The position numbers and the translations under genes are program-made. A DNA stretch of 64,000 bases, from assembly GCA_051252135.1 (NCBI GenBank), contig JBPOGH010000005.1, forward strand, positions 1-64,000, read 5' to 3'. Positions 20,185-29,077 of the stretch are shown here, piece after piece (within the stretch, counting starts at the first letter, position 1; each line of letters begins with the position of its first letter). The notes under the pieces are model-generated. The model ran no database searches. It saw only the letters and a program-made list of their open reading frames with translations, and had not been told where the DNA came from. Source of the DNA: Verrucomicrobiaceae bacterium. GTDB taxonomy: Bacteria; Verrucomicrobiota; Verrucomicrobiia; Verrucomicrobiales; Akkermansiaceae.

Positions 20185-20580
20185 TCACCCCAAAAGCCCC
20201 CGCAACCGCTCACCCAACTCCGCCTTCCCAATCCGGGAAGCCGCCACATCAAGCACCAGCGTCTCCCACGCATCGCAATCCAACTCAACATCAGCAGCGA
20301 GCTTCCCGTTCTCGACAAGGAACACCAGAGCCGCCGCAAGTGCCGTCCTTTTGTTTCCATCGTTGAAAGGATGATTCTGGCAAACATGGAAAAGATAAGC
20401 CGCTGCCACCTCGATCACATCCGTAATCATCGCCTGCCCCCCGAAGCTCGCCTGCGGCGCAGCGATCGCGCTTTCAAGAAGCCCCAAATCTTTCACTCCC
20501 GAAAGCCCCCCGTTCGCCGCTAACACTTCATCATGAAGAGCGAGATCCGAGCTAACCGTATGATGCTTGAACTCACTCAC
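20185..20580 (-). CDS. doc: Death-on-curing (Doc/Fic) toxin
   Basis: HPFNDGNKRTA Doc-type Fic motif; GVKDLGLLESAIAAP. Confidence 0.9.
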   Translation of the reverse strand: MSEFKHHTVSSDLALHDEVLAANGGLSGVKDLGLLESAIAAPQASFGGQAMITDVIEVAAAYLFHVCQNHPFNDGNKRTALAAALVFLVENGKLAADVELDCDAWETLVLDVAASRIGKAELGERLRGLLG

Positions 20581-20807
20581 TGGGACAAGCGACGGAAGAG
20601 TTCACGATTCGCCCCAATCAGAGACTTCGCCGTCTCGGCAGCCTCTTGAGGAGCGAACGAGCCACGAAGCGGCGTAAAAGAAATCGTCCCTCCCTCATGG
20701 ATCGTCACCGAAAGCTGATCCCCTTCCTTCAAATGCGCCATCTCAAGCAAAGCCGCATCCAGAATGATCCCCTTCGAATTCCCAATCTTTGTCACCGTCT
20801 TAACCAT
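20577..20807 (-). CDS. AbrB/MazE-family antitoxin
   Basis: VTKIGNSKGIILD swapped-hairpin motif; overlaps the doc start. Confidence 0.88.
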   Translation of the reverse strand: MVKTVTKIGNSKGIILDAALLEMAHLKEGDQLSVTIHEGGTISFTPLRGSFAPQEAAETAKSLIGANRELFRRLSQ

Positions 20808-20841
20808 GCCCTCACCGTATCACATTGTTTTACAAAGTCGA

Positions 20842-20902
20842 CCAAGCCCAAAGGGGACTAACTCCCCAACCCAGGTCGCAGGCCTGGGATCATCCCCCCG
20901 AA
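20842..20902. repeat. 61-bp REP-like direct repeat, right copy
   Basis: Matches 19994-20054. Confidence 0.85.
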
Positions 20903-20952
20903 ACAATCAAGCTCTGAAAGAGCGAAACAATCCCCCCACCCCCACCCCCGAA

Positions 20953-21044
20953 TTCCCAGCTCCCAGCTCCCAGCTCCCAGCTCCCAGCTCCCAGCTCCCA
21001 GTTCCCAGCTCCCAGCTCTCAGCTCTCAGCTCTCAGCTCTCAGC
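20953..21044. repeat. Heptamer tandem repeat (GCTCCCA/GCTCTCA)n
   Basis: About 13 units read directly; overlaps the ppk2 stop codon. Confidence 0.9.
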
Positions 21045-21920
21045 CACCAGGTCCTTCCGGAACTCAGCCAGCGCCGCTTTCCGCTCCTCACTCACCTGAG
21101 GATAACAGACATCCAGCGTATTCATCTCCTTCAGAATCGCCTCCGCCACCATCAGCCGCATCGTCAGTTTATCGTCCGCCGGAATACAATACCACGGCGC
21201 ATCCTTCGTCGCCGTCGCATTGATCGCATCCTCATAAGCCTCCATGTAATCATCCCAATAGGCCCGCTCCTTCACATCCCCTTCATTGAACTTCCAGTTC
21301 TTCTCGGCCCGATCAATCCGGTCCACAAAACGCCGGCACTGCTCATCCTTACTCACGTTCAGGAAAAACTTCATCACCCGCGTCCCGTTCCGCGCCAGGT
21401 GAACCTCGTGCTCCCGAATCGACTGATAACGCCCTTCCCAAACTTCCGAAAGGTTCTCCGTCAGCTCCTCCGGAACCCGCTGATACTTTGTCAAAATCTC
21501 AGGGTGCACCCGCACAATCAGAACCTCCTCGTAATACGACCGGTTAAACACCGTCATATGCCCCCGTCGCGGCAACACCTTGCTCGTCCGCCACAAAAAA
21601 TCGTGATCCAGCTCCGTGTGATTCGGACTCTTAAACGAATGCACCCGCACCCCATGCGGATCAATCCCGGAGATCGCCCGCCGGATCGTCCCATCCTTCC
21701 CCGCCGCATCCATCGCCTGAAAAACCAACAGCATGCTGTAGCGATCATGCGCATACATCTCCTGCTGCCGATCATCGATCTCCTTCGTCAGCTCCCGCAG
21801 CTTCTCCTTGTAGTCCTCACTATCCTCATAGAGCGGCTTGATCTTGGTAGGGAAGTCCTCCACCCGAAACTTCTCCGACCCATCAATGCAAAAGTCCTTC
21901 AGCTCCATCTTTTTTCCCAT
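21033..21920 (-). CDS. ppk2: Polyphosphate kinase 2 family protein
   Basis: FQAMDAAGKDG Walker A, FNRSYYEEV, KNWKF, PWY.IPAD.K. Confidence 0.92.
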   Translation of the reverse strand: MGKKMELKDFCIDGSEKFRVEDFPTKIKPLYEDSEDYKEKLRELTKEIDDRQQEMYAHDRYSMLLVFQAMDAAGKDGTIRRAISGIDPHGVRVHSFKSPNHTELDHDFLWRTSKVLPRRGHMTVFNRSYYEEVLIVRVHPEILTKYQRVPEELTENLSEVWEGRYQSIREHEVHLARNGTRVMKFFLNVSKDEQCRRFVDRIDRAEKNWKFNEGDVKERAYWDDYMEAYEDAINATATKDAPWYCIPADDKLTMRLMVAEAILKEMNTLDVCYPQVSEERKAALAEFRKDLVAES

Positions 21921-22081
21921 GCCCAAGTTCTAATCCCCATCAACCCACAACGAAAAGGTTCTTTCCAAAAATCGCCCTCCTCTGGTCTCCACCTCCCAAG
22001 CCTCCACACCCTGACAAACCACCCCTCAATTCACTTACTGCAACTTTGACATCCCTTTTTCTGTCTGACAGCCTCCCGCCC

Positions 22082-22915
22082 ATGCTCGACACCCACCATC
22101 ACCTTTGGAAATATTCCGCCGAGGAATACGGCTGGATCCCCGAAGGCACCCCACTTCAGAAAGACCACCTCCTCCCCGAACTCGCAGCCGCCACCTCCGC
22201 CGCCGGAGTCACCGGAACCGTCGCCGTCCAGGCACGTCAGATCGTTCAGGAGTCCACTGACCTCCTCGCCATCGCCGACCAGGGCGACCTCATCCGCGGC
22301 GTTGTCGGCTGGGTCCCACTCATCGATGACAACGTCGCCGCCGACCTCGAACACTTCGCCCCTCATCCCAAATTCGTCGGCGTCCGCCACGTCCTCCAGG
22401 AAGAGCCGGACGATTACTTCCTCCGCGATGACTTCCACCGCGGACTCGCCCTCCTCCCCGCCCTCGACCTCCGCTACGATCTCCTCCTCTTCCAGCGCCA
22501 ACTCCCCGTCGCCACCCAACTCGTTGACCGCCAGCCCAATCTCGGCATCATCATCGACCACATCGCCAAGCCCGAAGCCCGCAACGGCCGCGTCGAATCC
22601 GGCTGGCGCACCGGCATGAAAGAACTCGCCAAACGCGATAACATCCTCGGCGTCAAATTCTCCGGCCTCGTCACCGAGTTCAACGCCGACCCCAAGGTCG
22701 ACCCCGACACCATCAAAGCCTACTTCCACGAAACCCTGGAAATCTTCGGCCCCAACAAAGTCGCCTTCGGCACCGATTGGCCGGTCTGCCTCCTGAAAAT
22801 CGACTCCTACCGGGCTTGGGCCGATACCGTTCGCGAACTTGTCACCTCCCTCTCCAGTGACGAACAACGCCTCATTTTGCAGGAAAATGGCGAGCGGTTT
22901 TACCAGCTTCCATGA
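22082..22915 (+). CDS. Amidohydrolase 2 family (L-fuconolactonase-like)
   Basis: DTHHHLW, IIDHIAKP, KFSGLVTE, FGTDWPVC. Confidence 0.85.
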   Translation: MLDTHHHLWKYSAEEYGWIPEGTPLQKDHLLPELAAATSAAGVTGTVAVQARQIVQESTDLLAIADQGDLIRGVVGWVPLIDDNVAADLEHFAPHPKFVGVRHVLQEEPDDYFLRDDFHRGLALLPALDLRYDLLLFQRQLPVATQLVDRQPNLGIIIDHIAKPEARNGRVESGWRTGMKELAKRDNILGVKFSGLVTEFNADPKVDPDTIKAYFHETLEIFGPNKVAFGTDWPVCLLKIDSYRAWADTVRELVTSLSSDEQRLILQENGERFYQLP

Positions 22916-23060
22916 AGATTAGGTGAGAATCCTCCAAATTTTTCCTTCGCAATTTGCGCTAATCTCTTTTGACTGGTTCGGTAGATTTCAATCTACTCTC
23001 GGTGACGAAATTGTTACCGAAACCTGACCCCAGAATCACCAACCTTTCCCCTTCCCTCCC

Positions 23061-23822
23061 TTGAGCCTCAACCGGACAGAATACAAATACATCATCTCGC
23101 TCGATGAGCGGGACAAGTTCGAGAGTGACCTCGATTCCCGTCTCGTGGTGGACAGCCTCGCTTCGGCCGACGGTTGCTACCCCATCGTCACCGAGTATTT
23201 TGAAACACCCGAACGCGAGTGCTATTGGGAAAAACAGCGGGGATTTGAGTGCCGCCGAAAGATCAGGGTCCGCATCTACGGAACCGAAGGCGGAAAGATC
23301 CCACCCACCGGCTTCATCGAGATCAAGCACAAGCACTACGGCTTCGGAGCCAAACGACGCCTCTTCCTCCCTGTCGAACAAGCCATCGAGTTCGCCCAGG
23401 GAAATTACGACGTCGTCTTCAAAGCCAAGCGCGACTGGTCACGCTCCCAGCGCATGATCATCTCGGAACTCCATGACCTCATCGAGCGCCGTAAGTTCGG
23501 TCCCGCCATCCAGCTCCGCTATGATCGCAAGGCCCTCATGACCCCGGATGGCCAACTCCGCATCACTTTCGATACCGAGCTCCTCTGCCGCTCGGAAATC
23601 CTCGCCCTCCAACCGGATGACAAGCGCTTCAGCACCTACATCATCCCACCCGAGAAATCGATCCTCGAGATCAAATCCATCGGGCCGGTTCCCTTCTGGT
23701 TTCGCGAGTACAGCTCGGAAATCAATCTCGTCCGTCGCAGCTTCAGCAAGTTCTGCACCGCCATGGAAACGGTCGACCCCGTCCTCCGCGCCCAGATCAA
23801 TGGCACCCACAATGCCGCCTAA
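23061..23822 (+). CDS. VTC / polyphosphate-polymerase-domain (CYTH-like) protein
   Basis: RTEYKY ExK motif, RRKIRVRIYG, FIEIK, LRITFD, ILEIK, FSKF. TTG start. Confidence 0.85.
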   Translation: MSLNRTEYKYIISLDERDKFESDLDSRLVVDSLASADGCYPIVTEYFETPERECYWEKQRGFECRRKIRVRIYGTEGGKIPPTGFIEIKHKHYGFGAKRRLFLPVEQAIEFAQGNYDVVFKAKRDWSRSQRMIISELHDLIERRKFGPAIQLRYDRKALMTPDGQLRITFDTELLCRSEILALQPDDKRFSTYIIPPEKSILEIKSIGPVPFWFREYSSEINLVRRSFSKFCTAMETVDPVLRAQINGTHNAA

Positions 23823-23879
23823 GACGCCAAAAATCTCTTTCACACCTACCTCAACACCCTCTAACATCCCAACAAGCAA

Positions 23880-24590
23880 ATGGACCCAGTAATCGCAAAC
23901 GTCGCCGATTTTTTCGACAACATCAATTCCGCCTCAACCACCGATGTCTCCCCTCTTGAAATTCTCGGAGCCATGGCTCTCAGTTTTGTCCTGAACCTCG
24001 TCATCGGTACCCTTTACAAAAATACCTACAAAGGCACCCGTTACTCTCAGGACTACGTTCATACCCTCGTCATCATCGGCACCGTCACCACCATCCTCAT
24101 CATGGTCGTCAAAGGAAACGGTGCCATCGCTTTCGGGATGTTCGCCGCCTTCTCCATGATCCGCTTCCGGCGCAACCTCGGACAATCAAGGGACCTCGCC
24201 TTCGTCTTCTTCGCCATGGCCACCGGCATGGTCGTCGGTGCCCGTGAATACGGCCTCGCCATGGTCACCACTCTCGTCACCATCGTCGCCATCTTCATCC
24301 TCTCCCGCCTCGATGCCTTCGCCCCCAAGCGCGCCTCACACCAACTCCGTATTCGCGTCAATAACGACGTCGACTTCTCCGTCGCCTTCAAGGCAATCTT
24401 CGACAAGCACACCGATGCCATCGAAATGATCAGCGTCGAGTCCGTCCAGGCCGGCATGATGAGCGAACTCCGCTACGGCCTCGTCCTCAAGGAAGGGGTC
24501 AAGGTCTCCGACTTCATGGAGGAAATCCAAATCGCCTGCGGTAACAACCGGGCCCTCCTCACCACCACCCAGCGCGATCTCGACGGTTAA
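23880..24590 (+). CDS. DUF4956 membrane protein
   Basis: AFGMFAAFSMIRFR...DLAFVFFAMATGM; usual partner of VTC genes. Confidence 0.88.
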   Translation: MDPVIANVADFFDNINSASTTDVSPLEILGAMALSFVLNLVIGTLYKNTYKGTRYSQDYVHTLVIIGTVTTILIMVVKGNGAIAFGMFAAFSMIRFRRNLGQSRDLAFVFFAMATGMVVGAREYGLAMVTTLVTIVAIFILSRLDAFAPKRASHQLRIRVNNDVDFSVAFKAIFDKHTDAIEMISVESVQAGMMSELRYGLVLKEGVKVSDFMEEIQIACGNNRALLTTTQRDLDG

Positions 24591-24613
24591 TACAACAGAG
24601 GAACCACTCTCAC

Positions 24614-24651
24614 AACCTCCCCGGTCCCTCCCGACCGCGGAGGTTTTTTTT
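24614..24651 (+). terminator. Intrinsic terminator
   Basis: AACCTCC-CCGGTC...GACCGC-GGAGGTT followed by a T-run. Confidence 0.8.
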
Positions 24652-24717
24652 GACCCCTGAGTCCCCTCGGTCCTTGGCCCGACCGGAACGGCCGGAACGA
24701 CCGGAACGGCCAGTCAA

Positions 24718-24843
24718 ACCTCGGGAACGTGCCAAAATCGCGGACCCCTGAACATGAAGCCAACCGGGAGATTTCCGATCACCGGCGTGGCCATTCTCAT
24801 CAACACCAACCGCTCAGGGACCTCTAGTGGCCACAAAAAAGGG
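24718..24843 (-). ncRNA. Candidate rod-like structured RNA (6S-like)
   Basis: Minus-strand GGUCCCUGAGC pairs with GUUCAGGGGUC using G-U wobbles; inner GGCCA/UGGCU and GCCGG/CCGGU stems. Confidence 0.35.
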
Positions 24844-24857
24844 GGCCATGCCCCCTT
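24835..24857 (-). terminator. Intrinsic terminator
   Basis: Minus strand GGGGGC-atg-GCCCCC-TTTTTT. Confidence 0.65.
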
Positions 24858-24911
24858 GGTAAAACCGAGCGTCGCCTTCACGACCCCGGTCAATGAACCT
24901 AAAAATCCGAA

Positions 24912-25796
24912 CTAGGAGAACAACTTCCAGAAAACGAACATCCCCAGAAGACCAAAGAGAATTCCTAACGAGATTCCCGCCACCGCACCCCGCGTCTGAT
25001 ACGGCTCCTTGTCAGGTCCGGAAATGCGGCTGGGAAGCTCTCCCTCCGCCAGAATCGTTGCCGGAAGAACCTTCTTTTCCCAATGAAGAAGCTGGGGTGA
25101 CATATCCTTTCGCTGCTCCGCAAGCTCATCCAGGGCGGATTGCCACGCAACCTGGGGTTCGGAAATTTCCTCTCCAAATTCATTGTAGGCACTCAAATCC
25201 ATCCCTGGCTTGGGATCGATCTTCACCCCTTTGGCACGCAACGCCGCAGCATACTCCGCACGGGCATCCTCCACCGCATCGATGTAGAAAGCCAAGAGCT
25301 CATCCACCTTGGCCAGACCGGCCTTTTTATTCTCACTGTGAAAATAGGCCAACCGCTCAATCGCCAATGGTGCCATGTAGTTCACAATCTCCTGCGCTTC
25401 CTCCGGAGAATCCCGCTCGATCGTGATAAAAAGCTCCTTCTGCTCGGAAAGCTCCAGCTTGATCGCGTCACGGAGCATCTCAATCACCTCCGGCTCGCTG
25501 GCACCCCAGCGCTGACCCAATTCCAGCTCCCGGCCCAACACCGTCAAAAAATCAATCGACTCCAAATCCCGGAGCGCTGCAGATTCCGAGCTGTTCCGAA
25601 TCCCCGAAATCCCCGTTGCATTCCCAAAAGGGGGAAGAATATCAACCCGCAACTTCGCCGTGGAACGATACTGCTTCGGAGCCTGCTCCCAGAGCTTTTC
25701 CCCCACAAACCAGCCTCCGCCGGTTCCGCCGACGGCGAATAAAACCAAGAGCCAAGACCACCACCAGAATCCTTTTTTTCTTTTTCGGCGTTGCAT
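24912..25796 (-). CDS. Hypothetical Wzz/GumC-like two-TM protein
   Basis: N- and C-terminal TM helices, P..Y.S.A.L.V motif, coiled periplasmic middle. Confidence 0.65.
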   Translation of the reverse strand: MQRRKRKKGFWWWSWLLVLFAVGGTGGGWFVGEKLWEQAPKQYRSTAKLRVDILPPFGNATGISGIRNSSESAALRDLESIDFLTVLGRELELGQRWGASEPEVIEMLRDAIKLELSEQKELFITIERDSPEEAQEIVNYMAPLAIERLAYFHSENKKAGLAKVDELLAFYIDAVEDARAEYAAALRAKGVKIDPKPGMDLSAYNEFGEEISEPQVAWQSALDELAEQRKDMSPQLLHWEKKVLPATILAEGELPSRISGPDKEPYQTRGAVAGISLGILFGLLGMFVFWKLFS

Positions 25797-25841
25797 AATC
25801 GATAGGACCCCTACGGATAAGATTTGTTCAAGACAAGCGAA

Positions 25842-26930
25842 TTACTTCAGCGACTGGTGAAAGAGGTCCTTCGCCTTAAGGGATGACACAAAGCCCGCCA
25901 TCAGCCCAATCGTTTCTTCCACATCCTTGTAGGAAGCCATTTCCACCACCGAATGCATACACCGGAGCGGCAGGGAAACCAGCGCACTCGGCACCCCGTC
26001 CCGTGAATGGTAAATGCTATCCGTATCCGTCCCCGTGAAGCGGCTCGAGGCCTCGTGCTGCAGGGGAATCTTTCCCTTCTTCGCCACCTCGATCAGCCGA
26101 TCCACCACCAACGGATGACTCGCCGTCCCGTGCGTGACCGATGGCCCACCTCCCAAATTAACCCGACCATACATCGCCTCACTCAATCCCGGAGTATCGG
26201 TCGCGTGGGTCACATCCGTGCAGAGACACACATCCGGCTTCAGACGATGGGTCGCCATCTTGGCCCCATAACCTCCAATCTCCTCCTGCACCGCATTCAG
26301 ACAAACCACCGTAAACGCCGGCTTCGTCTTCGCCGCTGCCAGCTTCTTCATCACCTGCGCGATCATGAAGCCACCAATCCGGTTGTCCAACGCCCGCCCC
26401 ACCAAACGATCCGGCCCAAACTCCGTCGCTCCCTCCGTATAAACCGCAGGATGCCCCACTCTCAGCCCCAACTTCGCTACCTCCTTTTCACTCGACGCTC
26501 CCACATCCACCCACAACTCATGCACCTTCGGCGCCTTCTCATTCCCCAGGGAATCCCGGCGCAAATGAATCGCAGTATTCCCGATGATTCCGTGAATCAC
26601 TCCCTTGTCCCCCAAAATATCAATCCGGCGCCCCCGGCCTGTCGCCGCATCACTCCCACCAACCCGGTCCAGATAAACAAAGCCGTCCTTATTGATGTGC
26701 TTGATCATGTAACCGATCTCATCCGCATGCGCTTCCAGCATCACCACCTTGTCGCTCTTCCCCTTCAAGGTCGCCCACGTCGAGCCATACGCATCGCATT
26801 CCACCTCATCCGCAAATTTCCCGATGTACTTCGCCCACACCCGCTGTCCCTGCATCTCAAAGCCCGTCGGGCTCGGTGTTTCAAGGAGGTTAAAAAGGAA
26901 ATCTTTCTCGGCTTTCGTCATGGCCTCCAT
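25842..26930 (-). CDS. M42 family metallo-aminopeptidase
   Basis: PSPTGFE, AHADEIG, ALDNRIG, QEEIG, DVTHATD, GTDTD, MHS.VE. Confidence 0.9.
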   Translation of the reverse strand: MEAMTKAEKDFLFNLLETPSPTGFEMQGQRVWAKYIGKFADEVECDAYGSTWATLKGKSDKVVMLEAHADEIGYMIKHINKDGFVYLDRVGGSDAATGRGRRIDILGDKGVIHGIIGNTAIHLRRDSLGNEKAPKVHELWVDVGASSEKEVAKLGLRVGHPAVYTEGATEFGPDRLVGRALDNRIGGFMIAQVMKKLAAAKTKPAFTVVCLNAVQEEIGGYGAKMATHRLKPDVCLCTDVTHATDTPGLSEAMYGRVNLGGGPSVTHGTASHPLVVDRLIEVAKKGKIPLQHEASSRFTGTDTDSIYHSRDGVPSALVSLPLRCMHSVVEMASYKDVEETIGLMAGFVSSLKAKDLFHQSLK

Positions 26931-26959
26931 TGAAGCACTCCACGGCCGCCGCGCAATGA

Positions 26960-27805
26960 CTAGGTTTTGAAATCACGCGCCTGAAAGATCATCCACCCCA
27001 CCACAAAAAGACTCACATTCAGCCCCAGAAGGATCGCGTAGCTCTCAATCAACCGCGCCCACGGAATCTCCTCCGCCATCATGTAAACCCACGCCGACAT
27101 CCGGAAGGTGATGAAGTTCTCTTTAAAGGCCGCCAGAAAAGGCACGTTCTGCAGCACAAAATCGATAAAGAACACACTCAACGCCATGATCGTCGCCGCC
27201 GCCGGCTTCATCTTCATGCACGAAAAGAAAAACCCCAATGAGCTCACCACACACATGCTCACTCCCATAAAACACGCCCCCGCAAACAACCGAATAAACG
27301 CCTCCCCCCAATCCGGATAGACCGCCAAAATAAACATCTCCGGATTCCACACAAACAGCCCCCCTTCCGTCCCCATCGCCACCACCGACATGCCATATCC
27401 CGTCACCCCGACAAAGATGACAAAGGTGACCGTGTAAATCAGCACCGCCGCATACTTGAGCAGCATCACCCGAAATCGCGTCACCGGCCGCGCCAGCACC
27501 ATCCTCAGATTCCCGTCCTCCGACTCCTTCGCCACGATATCCCCCGCCACCAGCGCGAAATAAATCGAACCCAGCAAAAACATGCTCCACCCCATGATCC
27601 AGTACGTTGAGGTCAGCGATGAATAAAGTTGCTCCACCGGAATCAAATTCCGCTCCGCCAGTTTTTCCACCTGCTCCCGCCCGATCTTGACCCAAAGCGT
27701 CAGCAACAGCGCCTCAAACACCAAAAACACCACATACCCGATATACGTCCGTCGTCGCGCAAAGAGCTTCCGTAGCTCACCTGAAAGTTGTCGTAGAAAC
27801 AGCAT
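26960..27805 (-). CDS. ABC-2 type transporter permease
   Basis: ELRKLFARRRT, GDIVAKESEDGNLRMVLARPVTR, six TM segments. Confidence 0.85.
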   Translation of the reverse strand: MLFLRQLSGELRKLFARRRTYIGYVVFLVFEALLLTLWVKIGREQVEKLAERNLIPVEQLYSSLTSTYWIMGWSMFLLGSIYFALVAGDIVAKESEDGNLRMVLARPVTRFRVMLLKYAAVLIYTVTFVIFVGVTGYGMSVVAMGTEGGLFVWNPEMFILAVYPDWGEAFIRLFAGACFMGVSMCVVSSLGFFFSCMKMKPAAATIMALSVFFIDFVLQNVPFLAAFKENFITFRMSAWVYMMAEEIPWARLIESYAILLGLNVSLFVVGWMIFQARDFKT

Positions 27806-28000
27806 TGAAGTTCGCCAGCTTAGTCTCGATTTCAAATCCCTCAAGCGATCGTCCCAAAACAACCCTATTCACATACCATCCCCGGGATATTCACACCGAA
27901 CACAACCTCATCCCCCCCTCTCAAACCCTTACCCCCCAATAAAAGAGGCCTCCTCCGTAGGAAGAAGCCTCTGATGATTCACAGAGTGTGGAAGCCCTCT

Positions 28001-28321
28001 TTAGAACCAGCCTTTCTTCCCTTTCACATACATATCCACAAATTCCTGGTCGGATTTGGTCAAATAAATGATTCCCTCGACCAACCCGATCACCGCCATC
28101 ACCGGAATATTCCAGCAGGTCAGCAATCCCACAATCAGCATGATGATCCCCTCTTTGGTGTAACCCAAAATGAACTTATGAACCCCAAAGGTCCCCAATA
28201 AGATTCCTAAAATCCCGCAAAGGATCTTCTTATCCGCACCCGGAACAGGTGCCCCTGGAGCAGGTGCTGGTGGCTGTGGCGTAGGGCTGGATTCGGCAGA
28301 TGGATCTTCTTCTTCACTCAT
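28001..28321 (-). CDS. TM2-domain protein
   Basis: KKILCGILGILLGTFGVHKFILG...EGIIYLTKSD. Confidence 0.88.
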   Translation of the reverse strand: MSEEEDPSAESSPTPQPPAPAPGAPVPGADKKILCGILGILLGTFGVHKFILGYTKEGIIMLIVGLLTCWNIPVMAVIGLVEGIIYLTKSDQEFVDMYVKGKKGWF

Positions 28322-28393
28322 TACCTTCTTTTTCTACTGGATATCTCCCCTATCTGACAAGAAAACCCTCACGGGCTTTTACAGCCCCTTCCT

Positions 28394-29068
28394 ATGAAAC
28401 CCCGCAATACCATCGAGCAAACCCAGTCCTGCACCCGGCTGACCATCGACCTCATCGAACACGACGGTCGCCATTTCCTCGAATGCGAAGGCCGCCAGAT
28501 CGACGCCCAAACTCTCGGCAACCCCGCCTGGCAACTGATGCGCACCCTCTGCCAGCCCTTCCGACCCGCCAAACAACCCCGCATCATCTTCCTCGGCATC
28601 GGTTTCGGCCACGCCGTCGCCGCCGCACGCGAGTTCCTCCCTCAGGAAAAAGCCTCCTTCGTCATCTTCCCCGAAGCCGAAATCCTCCCCGAGTGGCTCC
28701 AGAAATACATCCCCGCCAACCCGCTCGATGACGAACGCGTCCTCATCCAGGACCTCAGCCCCTTCCGTCCCATCCCCAGCTCTCTCGGTGGCAGCCAGGC
28801 CGTCATCATGGACATCGACCACCTCGAAGGCCTCTCGCCCGTCCGCTACAATCCCACCCACCCCGCCACCCTCCATAACATCTACGATTCCCTCAAAGTC
28901 GGAGGCCTCCTCGGCATCCTCGGCTCCCGCCTCAACAACTCCCTCAAAAAAGCCCTTCAAAAATGCGGCTTTGAAGTTGTCCACGAATTCGCTCCACTAT
29001 CCGAGAAATCCAAAAAGGCCCGCACCCTTTACCTCGCCCGCAAAGGCCACTATCACGGTAACCACTAA
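28394..29068 (+). CDS. Spermidine-synthase-like SAM-dependent methyltransferase
   Basis: MKP...IE.T, LGIGFG glycine loop, MDID, LKVGGLLGI. Confidence 0.7.
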   Translation: MKPRNTIEQTQSCTRLTIDLIEHDGRHFLECEGRQIDAQTLGNPAWQLMRTLCQPFRPAKQPRIIFLGIGFGHAVAAAREFLPQEKASFVIFPEAEILPEWLQKYIPANPLDDERVLIQDLSPFRPIPSSLGGSQAVIMDIDHLEGLSPVRYNPTHPATLHNIYDSLKVGGLLGILGSRLNNSLKKALQKCGFEVVHEFAPLSEKSKKARTLYLARKGHYHGNH

Positions 29069-29077
29069 ACTCACCCC

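Noticed and set aside
19807..20523. 238-aa + strand ORF
   Set aside because: Spans repeat DNA and the antisense of doc.
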